DNA of 64,000 bases from Candidatus Cloacimonadales bacterium (lineage in GTDB: Bacteria > Cloacimonadota > Cloacimonadia > Cloacimonadales > DAONDQ01), in assembly GCA_963662275.1 (NCBI GenBank), contig OY759316.1, positions 2,176,001-2,240,000 of the forward strand. Direction: 5' to 3'. Below, piece after piece: positions 33,284 to 42,753 of the stretch; position 1 is the first letter of the stretch; each line of letters opens with the position of its first letter. Position numbers and translations under genes: made by a program. The notes below the pieces were generated by a model. That model did not search any database, was not told the origin of the DNA, and saw nothing but the letters and a program-made list of their open reading frames with translations.

Positions 33284-34264
33284 TTATAATTCAATTTTGA
33301 TTGCTTTGTTGGGTATCAGATATAGTTTGTTATGGAAATAATCAAAAACTGTATTGAATTTCATAAACAGAGGCAAACCAATTACTCCCAGATTATCCTG
33401 ATGAACACGGGCTGTTTTACCATTGCTGAAAACAACCTCGGGATTATTGAAAACATATTTCCCAATAGACATTTCTTTAATTTTGCATTTATAGTCAGAA
33501 CATTCACCTTGGACTCCATAACTTTTTAAAGGTTGTGCTCCGATAGGGGTTTGTATATTTTGATTATTGTTAGTGGCTATATTAAGTGAATATATGCCTC
33601 CTAAATCAATATCAACATTACCGTTATAGTGAGATCCATCCTCCAGTGCAAAAGACATCGGAACAGAATAAGCACCATTTTCTTCCAGTTTCATATCTAA
33701 AACGCTACCTTTTCCATTATACTTGAACTTGTCAGGGCTATGCAAAATTATTTCTGATTTATGAAAATCAAATTCAACGATGAAATGCCCAAAAAATGTA
33801 TTACATAACTGTCCGTCTGTCCCTGGAAACATTGTGCAAAAACCTGCCGACTTTAGAGATATAAGCGCACTTTGATCATAAAATACTATATCGTCAAACT
33901 GAAGAGTCAATCCATCAGCATTATATGCCTGAGTCGGATCGTCTTTGCCTGTCCCGCCAATTTCAGCTTGTTCCTTAAGTGCTAAATCAAGAGAATCAAC
34001 CAAAGGCGAACCCATCAGCCAAATTTCATTCCACAGTGTTCCATTGTCAATCATCAGCAGGGCATCTTTTCCGTTAATCTTAAGCTTCATTAACGGCTTT
34101 CCATAATGCATTATGAAAGGAATATGAATTTCACTTTTAACTCCACTTAAAACTTGATAATGCCCGGGTCCTTTCACTACTTTCGCACTTGTGGTATCTA
34201 TTGCTGCTAATGCCAATGCGCTGAATGACATAATTGATAAAGTGATTAGATTTGATAAACTCAT
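33284..34264 (-). CDS. Secreted retropepsin-like aspartyl protease family protein (two lobes)
   Basis: IDNG and IDLG variants of DTG, C-terminal GVIGLPLFMKFNTVFDY. Start reassigned to MSLSNL... behind a GGAGG RBS. Confidence 0.7.
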   Translation of the reverse strand: MSLSNLITLSIMSFSALALAAIDTTSAKVVKGPGHYQVLSGVKSEIHIPFIMHYGKPLMKLKINGKDALLMIDNGTLWNEIWLMGSPLVDSLDLALKEQAEIGGTGKDDPTQAYNADGLTLQFDDIVFYDQSALISLKSAGFCTMFPGTDGQLCNTFFGHFIVEFDFHKSEIILHSPDKFKYNGKGSVLDMKLEENGAYSVPMSFALEDGSHYNGNVDIDLGGIYSLNIATNNNQNIQTPIGAQPLKSYGVQGECSDYKCKIKEMSIGKYVFNNPEVVFSNGKTARVHQDNLGVIGLPLFMKFNTVFDYFHNKLYLIPNKAIKIEL

Positions 34265-34770
34265 GCGACCTCCATTACTTCCTATTGGATAATATATCTC
34301 TATGATATGAAAACTATATCTATTCGATATAATCAATAAAGACAATAACTAAAATCCTTTCTCAAAATCGAGGCTACGTCTACAATCTGCATAACTCGAT
34401 TCAGTTGAAATACCTGGACCAGAAAGTAAATTGCAAATATTATACCAAATATGCTTGATGACTGATCATCCCTAAATGTCACATGGCTTCTGCAAAGCAA
34501 GCGGTTTCCGAGTGATCATTATGCTTATGTGCTAAAGAGCTGCCAGATCCAGGAAGAGTTCACTAAAATAGGTCATATTTTCAGACATTGCCTCAAGTAT
34601 TTAAAGATAAATATACCAATGTAACAATGTGAGAAGTCTTTCTGTGTATATTAGGAGGTAATACTTTTCGTTACAAACTTACTTCTTTCCGCAGAGTCTA
34701 ATTCTTCATTCTTAATTCTTTGAACTCCCCCAATCTTAAATCTAAAATGAACTACTTTCCCATTGCCATA

Positions 34771-34836
34771 CCATTACGGTAGCATTACGGTAAAAAACCG
34801 TAATGCTACCGTAATGCTACCGTATAGGTACCGTAG
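34771..34836. repeat. 11-bp tandem/inverted repeat element
   Basis: cattacggtagcattacggtaaaaaaccgtaatgctaccgtaatg; matches 10644-10712. Confidence 0.75.
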
Positions 34837-34909
34837 TGCGCATTAGTTGTACCTGTCGTCCGTACTGAACTTCTTTTCCAATCTTGCTTTTTGCAATTTT
34901 CTCCAAATC

Positions 34910-34992
34910 CTGTAAGGATGAAAGATATTAACACCTGATTTCAATCAGGTTATATGCCTTGTCCCCTTTCTAAATCCCATCGGGATGAAAGA
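34910..34992 (+). repeat. REP-like family A units left of the intron
   Basis: gatgaaagatattaacacctgatttcaatcagg and cccatcgggatgaaaga. Confidence 0.75.
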
Positions 34993-37104
34993 ATCGAGTA
35001 GGGTGATGCTGGATAATTAATCCCAGCATCATCCCTCTCACAGAACCGTGCGTACGGGTCTCGTACACGGCTCCTGATAATCTTTGTAATTACTCGCAGT
35101 AATTAAATAAAACACTTGTCTGAAGCGATGTCAGATCAAACAACTTCAGTCCTTCAAACCACTTGTTCGGCAAGGCAAAGTTTAGGTGGAAGCTCAGGGA
35201 GTTACGCCATCTGGTCATGGATAGTTTTGGACATTCTCCTTTGAAGCCTTATCTCCGTAATGCTTTATGGAACGCTTTCCAGCTTTTCCATTCACGCATC
35301 TTCTTCATCCGAAGCCTCCTTCGTATCCATTCCATCAGGCTCTCAAAGATGCTCTTACAGCTTGCAGCCCTGAAATAGTTACCCCATCCTCTTAGTATAG
35401 GATTCAGGTTTTCTATTATCATGGCTATGGGTATGCCACTGTTGCGGGGAGTAAGTTTTCGTATCTTATCCTTGAAGCGTTTCAAACGTTCCCTGTCGAT
35501 ACAGACACGCTTACCTTTGATGTTAAATCCAAGATAACTGACCCCGCTGCTGATACTGCTGATATGAGTCTTTTCCAGATTGACTTGCAGGCGAAGTTCT
35601 TCAAGTATCGCTGTCGCTATCTTTTGATATTGCTCTGCCTTTTTCCTGGTCGGAGCAAATATCAGGATGTCATCAGCATAACGTACTATCCTGATATTCC
35701 GCTGTTTCATCTTCTGGTCGAACTCATCCAGATAGATATTCATCAATAAGGGTGAGATTACTCCACCTTGCGGACTGCCTATCTCAGTAGCTTTGAAATC
35801 CCCATCGACCATTACTCCTGATTTGAGAAAACGGCTGATTAATCTCAGCAATGTACCATCACTGATTTTCCTGTTCAGACGGCTCAATATCCGTTCGTGG
35901 TCTAAGGTGTCAAAACATTTGGATAAGTCCATATCCACGGCATAACCCAAATTGTAAGCTGTAAGAAAACGCTGGGCTTTTGCTACGGCATGCTGGCAAG
36001 ACCGATGCGGTCTGTAACCATAACTGGACGGATGGAAGTCAGGCTCAAATATCGGTTGTATGATATTCAGGATTGCCTGCTGCACTACTCTGTCTCTTAC
36101 CGTTGGAATGCCAAGCGGTCTCATTTTGCCATTGGGTTTGGGTATCTCTACCCGCCTTACAGGTGATGGCTCGTAAGTACCTGCCATTAGTTCGTCGTGA
36201 AGTTGGTTGATGTTCACTGCCAGTTGTTCGTCAAAGTTTGCTATACTCTGCCCATCAATGCCTGATGCACCTTTATTTCGTTTTACCGAAGTGAAGGAAG
36301 CATACAGGTTGGGCAGGGAGTACACCTTGTCGATTAAGCTGTAGTATTTTCTCATGACATTTCCTGTCTCATTGTGATTCGTCTTGAGGTGTTCATCGAT
36401 GATGATTGTCTCTTCATCAGGTCGTCCTGCCTTCTTTAGCATATAGCAATATGGCAGAACTGCTAATTTTGTGCTTTGCCTGATTAATCAGTCTCGTGCG
36501 GTCGGGGTTGAAAGGAAGTTCGTCACCACTGTCAAACCGAGCCTCGAAGCATTTCAGCTCCTTCCTTCGTTTCTCACTTTTCATCGATTACTTTCCACAT
36601 TTCAAATCATGCCTTCGGATTATCTTCATCCCTTCGCATGAACTGCATCCTTTTGAGATACAGAACTCAGCATTACCGTGAATGCTGTCCCTTTTGTTTT
36701 ATCCTCCAGACTGTCACCAGCTTTCATAGGCAAAAGGTTAATCACTACTACGGAATCATCTGCCACCTGCTACCGCTTGGCTTCTCACTTGTCTTTCAAC
36801 TTGATCGAAGCTACTACCTTAAGTAGACAATAACAGGCTTCCCCAGTTAAGTTTTCCTGCCTGAATATGAAGCCATCTGTCATAATCTGTAGAGTTATCC
36901 AGCTTTCGGGCTTTCCCACTTTTAGAAAGGTTACCCACTCTACAAACCAACATCAGTTCACTTGCGCTGTGTTCCATATTCCCTCTGCGTCTTACTTCAG
37001 ACCCTGCCGTTGCCGGCAACGCCCTTGACCTCGAGTTGACTTCCCGCTGATTAGGTGTCAGGACTTCTTCCAGTCCATCGGCGCAGAAAACATTCTGGGC
37101 AAAC
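34993..37104 (-). mobile_element. Group II intron, class C
   Basis: 5' end GTTTGCCCAG at 37104; domain V GAGCCGTGTACGAGACCCGTACGCACGGTTC (~35043-35073); domain VI hairpin; 3' end CCTACTCGAT at 34993; internal RT ORF without an endonuclease domain. Confidence 0.9.
35090..36355 (-). pseudogene. ltrA: Intron-encoded reverse transcriptase/maturase with a premature stop in domain X
   Basis: LGIPTVRDR, GSPQGGVISP and YADD motifs. The TAA at 35249-35251 is followed in frame by GFKGECPKLSMTRWRNS...ALPNKWF...LFDL to a stop at 35090. Likely start MRKYYSL at 36355. Confidence 0.85.
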
Positions 37105-37300
37105 TAATAACACCTGATTTCAATCAGGTGTATAGCACGAAGATCAGCCAAAGTCCCAGCGGGACGATAGATTACTAGCCTACAAACACTACTGTCCAGT
37201 AATCTTTCGTCCCTAGAGGACTGATTTAGTTGTCGCCTTTAGTCACATATCGCCGGATTGAAATCCGAGCGTTAATATCTAACGTCAGTACCTGACTTGA
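37105..37300. repeat. REP-like family A cluster right of the intron
   Basis: cacctgatttcaatcaggtg, gtcccagcgggac and an inverted ccggattgaaatccg...ttaatatc. Confidence 0.75.
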
Positions 37301-37489
37301 TTGTTACCGTCATTTTTGACTCGATTATAACTGTTACCATCATTCTTTCTCAGATGAGAATCCAGGACTCCATCTTCTCTACTCTGCCAATCTTCAATCT
37401 TCCAGCTTAACCTCGCACCAGTTGCAATTTCTGTTGACAGGAAAAAGTGTGATTGCAATGAATAAATTCGAAAGATAGATATCAGTATC

Positions 37490-38539
37490 ATGAGAGGAGA
37501 GCCAATGTTTTCTAAAATTGTTTTTAATGAATTTACGGTTTTTACAAAACTTGAAATCCCATTTTCTCCAGGCATTAATGTCTTTATTGGAGAGAATGGA
37601 ACAGGGAAAACTCACATCCTGAAAGCCCTGTATGCCTCTGCTGATATCACTACTTCAGCGATAACCCAGAGTTTCGCAGATAAGATAAACAGAGTATTTT
37701 TACCATCTGAAAGCCATATTGGGAGATTGGTTCATCGAAAGATTGGCAGAAAAAAAGGGTCAATAGAAGTATATCGTGAAGGCAATGGAAATCAGTTAAA
37801 AATCAAATTAGAAATAACAAATATGATGAAGAACTCTGATTCAGCAAAGAAAAATGGTACTGATAAGTTATGGCTAAGCAATCCGGTTGAATCAGTTTAT
37901 ATACCTGTTAAAGAAATGTTATCCAATGCTCCAGGTTTCAAATCTGAATATGAGAATAAAAAGCTCGCTTTTGAAGAGATTTATCCGGATATAATCAGTA
38001 GAGCATTGCGTCCTGTAACAAGAGGTACTGCAGATCAAACAAAAAAGCAGCTAACTAAAATTCTTCAAAAGGCTATTGACGGCAATGTACTAACGAAAGG
38101 TGAAGAGTTCTTTTTGAAAAACAAGCAGGGAAATCTTGAATTCACTCTATTGGCTGAAGGGTTCAGAAAACTTGGATTGTTATCTATTCTTATCCAGAAT
38201 GGTACTCTAGCAAGCGGTTCTGTATTATTTTGGGATGAGCCTGAAACCAATCTTAATCCAAAGCTAATTAAAACTGTCATTGAGATTCTGATAAAACTAC
38301 AGCAAATGGGCATGCAAATCTTCATTTCGACGCATAATTACGTTGTCCTGAAATGGTTTAACCTGCTTTCTCAAAAAGAGGATAAGATATTATACCATTC
38401 GTTATTTCGGGAAGACAATGAGATTAAGATTCACACTACAGATAATTATGATTTAATCTCTCCGAATGCCATCGATGAAGTCTTTGGCGATATCATTGAT
38501 GAGGAAATCACAAAAGATATGGGGAATGCAGGAAAATGA
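37490..38539 (+). CDS. ABC/AAA_21-type ATPase (defence-associated)
   Basis: Walker A GENGTGKT, signature LAEGFRK, Walker B LFWDEPE, H-loop STHN. Confidence 0.85.
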   Translation: MRGEPMFSKIVFNEFTVFTKLEIPFSPGINVFIGENGTGKTHILKALYASADITTSAITQSFADKINRVFLPSESHIGRLVHRKIGRKKGSIEVYREGNGNQLKIKLEITNMMKNSDSAKKNGTDKLWLSNPVESVYIPVKEMLSNAPGFKSEYENKKLAFEEIYPDIISRALRPVTRGTADQTKKQLTKILQKAIDGNVLTKGEEFFLKNKQGNLEFTLLAEGFRKLGLLSILIQNGTLASGSVLFWDEPETNLNPKLIKTVIEILIKLQQMGMQIFISTHNYVVLKWFNLLSQKEDKILYHSLFREDNEIKIHTTDNYDLISPNAIDEVFGDIIDEEITKDMGNAGK

Positions 38540-39057
38540 ACACAGTTGAATGTGATGGTTTGAATTTCAACTTTCCCGATGCTATAGATGTCTTCAAGTT
38601 TGATGAAATGGATAAAACAAAACAAACCTTTCACTGTGGTTTCATGAAAGCTGTTGACATTGTAGCTGTTTTTAAAGACTATTCTGTTTTTATCGAACTT
38701 AAACAACATAAACAAGATTTGTATGATTTTTACAATACCTCAGATATAGCAGAAAGGACTACTCGATTCAATAAACTCCAAGACTTAAAAAGAGAATTGG
38801 TTTTAAAATACAGAGATTCTTTTCTATATCGTTATGCAGAAAAAGAAACCGATAAGCCAATCCATTACATCTGTCTTTTAACTCTCGACAACGCATTAAA
38901 TGGTCACATTGCCGGACTATTAAACAAAGAAATCCCAGTTGGTAAACCCAATCCAAGATGGAAGAAGGATATTGTAAAAAGTTGCAAGGTTCTTAATTTT
39001 AAAATGTGGAATAGAGCTTTCCCAAAATGGGTTGTTACAGGTATTGAGAACTCATAA
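38536..39057 (+). CDS. Hypothetical protein with PD-(D/E)xK-like nuclease motif
   Basis: KAVDIVA...FIELK; translationally coupled to the ATPase (ATGA). Confidence 0.55.
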   Translation: MNTVECDGLNFNFPDAIDVFKFDEMDKTKQTFHCGFMKAVDIVAVFKDYSVFIELKQHKQDLYDFYNTSDIAERTTRFNKLQDLKRELVLKYRDSFLYRYAEKETDKPIHYICLLTLDNALNGHIAGLLNKEIPVGKPNPRWKKDIVKSCKVLNFKMWNRAFPKWVVTGIENS

Positions 39058-39539
39058 TGGAAAACAAATTGGATGTGAAAGATTCGGAATCACATAGCCA
39101 GCAGCACGAAGCTTTGTGTAAAGCTGTAATCAGTCATTTCGTTCCAAAGTTTATGCCGGATGCGGTTTTGGTTTATTCCACTCTATCAATTGATTCTCCT
39201 GACCTCGATAAAGATCTTCAAACTAAGTTATGTATTCCAACTGATAATCCACAAGCATTACCTGATATTATTTTATATAAATCTGATTCCAACTGGTTAG
39301 TATTAATTGATTTAGTAACCGGACACAGAGTCATGGGCAATAATCGTTGTAAAGAATTGATAAGAATGTTCAAAGACTCTCCTATTGAACAGGTTTTCGT
39401 AAATGCATTTCATAATAAAAAGGAAATGACAGATTCTCAAACTGATATAGCATGGGGAACAAATGTCTGGTTTTCTGAAGAACCAGAGCATATGATACAT
39501 TTTGATGGGAATCACGTTGTGGAACCGTACAAGAAATGA
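39057..39539 (+). CDS. BsuBI/PstI-type restriction endonuclease C-terminal domain (stand-alone)
   Basis: H.AL.KAVI.HFVPKF, LPDIILY...NWLVLID, IAWGTNVW..EEPEHMIHFDG. Confidence 0.75.
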   Translation: MENKLDVKDSESHSQQHEALCKAVISHFVPKFMPDAVLVYSTLSIDSPDLDKDLQTKLCIPTDNPQALPDIILYKSDSNWLVLIDLVTGHRVMGNNRCKELIRMFKDSPIEQVFVNAFHNKKEMTDSQTDIAWGTNVWFSEEPEHMIHFDGNHVVEPYKK

Positions 39540-39831
39540 CTATTCAGTAATTTCTTATTTTTCACTATTTCAAGGTTGTGATAATATTCTTTGATATATC
39601 TTCTGCAATATTAATTTTGAACTGCTATTAAATGAGCATTCCTTAATTAGCAGACCTAAATCTCATTTGCTATTAATTAATATTGACAAGTTTTGAGATA
39701 TCTGTTTATGAGTAATCAATATTTTGTGAACGTCCTTGTATTAATGAAGTTACACTGAGCATAGGGAAAATTAACAAAGATACTCAGAATATTGAAACTT
39801 ACAAAATATCAAGGGATCAAAGGAGGATACG

Positions 39832-41793
39832 ATGAAATTAAAATCATTTCGAGTAACTGAATTCAAGTCTATTATCGATTCAAATGAAATACTAATCAAT
39901 GATATCGGATGTTTGGTCGGAAAAAATGAAGCTGGAAAGACTGCCTTATTACAAGCATTGTATAGGTTGAATCCGATTGATCAGGTCAATACGGACTTTA
40001 ATGTAACTAATGATTACCCTCGTGCAAATGTTTCTAACTATGAGATGGAAGTTTCAGAAGGTGAAAGATTTCCTTCTACAGTTATCAGTGCTGAGTTCAT
40101 TATCGAAGATTCTGACTTTATAGAAATGGGAATTGATCCAGCAATGCTTCCTGAAAAAAAAATAACTTTATTTAAAGGCTATGATAATATTGACTATTTT
40201 ACCTTATCCGTTTCACAAGATTTATATATAGAATGGCAATTTAGCAAGGTCAATTATTCTGAAGATGAACTAAATAAAGATCTAATTAAAACTATCATTA
40301 ATTGCAATACTATTAAGGATTTTGCTACAATAAACACCGAACCATTTAAAGGAGTGACGCAATGTGCGACTCTTGTAGAATTTATTACAAACATTCAAAA
40401 GCAACATCCTTCTCATGAAATTTATACAAAATATGTTGCACCGATAGTGCCTAAATTTCTATATTTTGATGAATTTTACCAAATGTCTGGAATGGTCAAT
40501 ATTCCGAAACTTAAATCAAGAGTTAGTAATAATCAAATCAAAGATAGTGATAAACCAATGTTAGGGTTAATAGAACTTGCTAGGTTGAGTCTTGATTCTT
40601 TTGATCAAATTAAAGAAACAAGGGAATTACTTAATAAGCTTGAAGGGGCATCAAATACCATTCAAAGATCTTTTATGAAATATTGGTCTCAAAGTAGCAA
40701 CATAAATCTGCAACTTGATTATCGTGAGGGTAAAACTCAAGATCAAGAAGAATTTCGATCAGGTGGCAATATTATAACTGCTATAAGAGACAATCTACAT
40801 CAAGTGACAACAATGATTGGAGAGAGATCGAGAGGTTTTATTTGGTTCTTTTCTTTTATCGCTTGGTTCTCACTTCAAAAATCAAAATATAAGAATAATA
40901 TAATTCTCCTATTAGATGAACCTGGTCTAACCTTACATGCCAAAGCACAATATGATCTTTTAAATTATATTGAAAAAGAATTAAGCCCTTACCACCAAGT
41001 AATTTATACTACACATTCCCCATTTATGATAGATATGAAACACATTGAGAGGATCAATATTGTTGAAGACAAGGGTCTTGATATTGATGAGATTATTGGA
41101 ACAAAGGTGACGCAGGACATTCTTGAAACGGGGAAAGATAGCTTGTTCCCTCTTCAAAGTGCATTGGGATATGAAATTACTCAATCTTTATTTATTGGTC
41201 CATATTGCTTGATTGTCGAAGAGCCTTCTGATTTACTATATTTAACTGCAATTTCTTCAATACTCGAGAAAAATGGAAGAGTATTTATAGATCCGCGATG
41301 GGTAATTACCCCAGTCGGTGGTATTGACAAAGTGCCTGCATTTATTTCATTATTTGGTTCTCAAAAAAATATGAAAATTGCCGTATTAATCGATTTTCAA
41401 TCAAAAGATAAGCAACTGATTGAAGGATTGTATAAAAAGAAACTGATTAAACAGACTAATGTGAAAACATTTTCTGATTATCTTAGTGGAAAAGATGCAG
41501 ATATTGAAGATATTTTTGATAATGAATTTTATATCAACTTAGTAAATTCAGAATACAAACAGGATTTGGCAAAACCGATAACAACAAAATTTCTTAATAC
41601 TAAAATTCCGCGTATCATTCTTCAACTGGAAGATTATTTTAAATCAAATCCACTGAAAAACAACATCACATATAATCACTACCGCCCTTCTAGGTATTTT
41701 AATGAAAACCTTGGTAAATTACAGGGAGCATTATCTGAGGAGAGTCTAAGTAGATTTGAATCAATTTTCAAAGATTTGAATACACTACTATAA
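39832..41793 (+). CDS. OLD-family ATP-dependent endonuclease (ABC ATPase + TOPRIM)
   Basis: GKNEAGKT, RSRGFIWF, LLLDEPG, TTHSP; TOPRIM LIVEEPSD...PVGG...DIEDIF. Confidence 0.8.
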   Translation: MKLKSFRVTEFKSIIDSNEILINDIGCLVGKNEAGKTALLQALYRLNPIDQVNTDFNVTNDYPRANVSNYEMEVSEGERFPSTVISAEFIIEDSDFIEMGIDPAMLPEKKITLFKGYDNIDYFTLSVSQDLYIEWQFSKVNYSEDELNKDLIKTIINCNTIKDFATINTEPFKGVTQCATLVEFITNIQKQHPSHEIYTKYVAPIVPKFLYFDEFYQMSGMVNIPKLKSRVSNNQIKDSDKPMLGLIELARLSLDSFDQIKETRELLNKLEGASNTIQRSFMKYWSQSSNINLQLDYREGKTQDQEEFRSGGNIITAIRDNLHQVTTMIGERSRGFIWFFSFIAWFSLQKSKYKNNIILLLDEPGLTLHAKAQYDLLNYIEKELSPYHQVIYTTHSPFMIDMKHIERINIVEDKGLDIDEIIGTKVTQDILETGKDSLFPLQSALGYEITQSLFIGPYCLIVEEPSDLLYLTAISSILEKNGRVFIDPRWVITPVGGIDKVPAFISLFGSQKNMKIAVLIDFQSKDKQLIEGLYKKKLIKQTNVKTFSDYLSGKDADIEDIFDNEFYINLVNSEYKQDLAKPITTKFLNTKIPRIILQLEDYFKSNPLKNNITYNHYRPSRYFNENLGKLQGALSEESLSRFESIFKDLNTLL

Positions 41794-41812
41794 AAAAAAT
41801 TAAGGGGATAGA

Positions 41813-42682
41813 ATGAAAAATACTGGGCGAGAATACGAAGAACTTACTGAAGAAATCTTTAAAAGTATTTTAGATATGAAAAACTATGTTACTTTACGTT
41901 TAGATAGGAATGTAAAAGTAAAAGGGAAATCAGGACAAAAACATGAAATCGACGTATATTGGGAATATCAATTAGGTCATGACCCCTCTCCGAAACTCAT
42001 CTTATTTCAATCAAAAGATTGGAAATCAAACGTCTCAAAAGGAGATGTTATGGCTTTTCATTGTGTTCTGCAAGATATTCCTGGTCAACCAAACGGAATT
42101 TATGTTACTAAGACTGGATATCAATCTGGAGCTATTGAATATGCTAAGTTTCACGGTAATCCACTATGGGAACTTAGACCTCCGACAAAAGAAGATTGGG
42201 AAAATCGTATTAAAGATATTCACTTTGAAATCCATTGTTCTACTCCAGATGTTAAATTGGAATTCAGTTTTGATAATGAATGGGCTAGGAATAAGTTCGA
42301 TGAGTTAGGCATTGAACCTGTTGAATTATCTATGGCGGGTATGAAACGCGACATTTACATTTTTGATAAACAATTTCAACAAACCAATGAAACTTTAGAT
42401 TCTATTGAAAATAAATATATTAAAATTTGTGAAGATTCTAAATCGGATCATATGGAAATAGAACATGATTTTGTTCCAGAATCATATATACGTACAAATA
42501 ATGATGCATTTCCATTTATGAAGATTAACGGAATAAAATTTGATATCAACATTCTGAAACATAATGAGACGATGATAATCAAAGGAGAAGACGTCGTCAA
42601 ATATAAATTATCTGAATGTTTTTCCGGTGCTCTATTTACAATTAATAAGGACAATCGATTAATTCCTCATTCAAATACCTGA
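41813..42682 (+). CDS. Mrr-like restriction endonuclease with uncharacterised C-terminal domain
   Basis: GREYEE, GKSGQKHEIDV, QSKDW, GIYVTKTGYQSGA motifs. Confidence 0.75.
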   Translation: MKNTGREYEELTEEIFKSILDMKNYVTLRLDRNVKVKGKSGQKHEIDVYWEYQLGHDPSPKLILFQSKDWKSNVSKGDVMAFHCVLQDIPGQPNGIYVTKTGYQSGAIEYAKFHGNPLWELRPPTKEDWENRIKDIHFEIHCSTPDVKLEFSFDNEWARNKFDELGIEPVELSMAGMKRDIYIFDKQFQQTNETLDSIENKYIKICEDSKSDHMEIEHDFVPESYIRTNNDAFPFMKINGIKFDINILKHNETMIIKGEDVVKYKLSECFSGALFTINKDNRLIPHSNT

Positions 42683-42753
42683 GGCGAAGTTGTTAACAAA
42701 ACACCTTCAAATTACTTTGAAAACAGTTATTAAAATATCAATAGGAGGTCAGC

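Noticed and set aside
34380..34620. Degraded RT-like fragment (YLDQ...KYY.KYA/DD)
   Set aside because: Needs a frameshift, has multiple stops and is too short to distinguish from chance.
35249..38539. Retron or DGR system (RT next to ATPase/nuclease genes)
   Set aside because: The RT has group II intron motifs, domain X and a flanking ribozyme with domains V/VI; no msr-msd or template/variable repeat pair was seen.
39832..41793. Gabija (GajA)
   Set aside because: No UvrD-like GajB gene adjacent.
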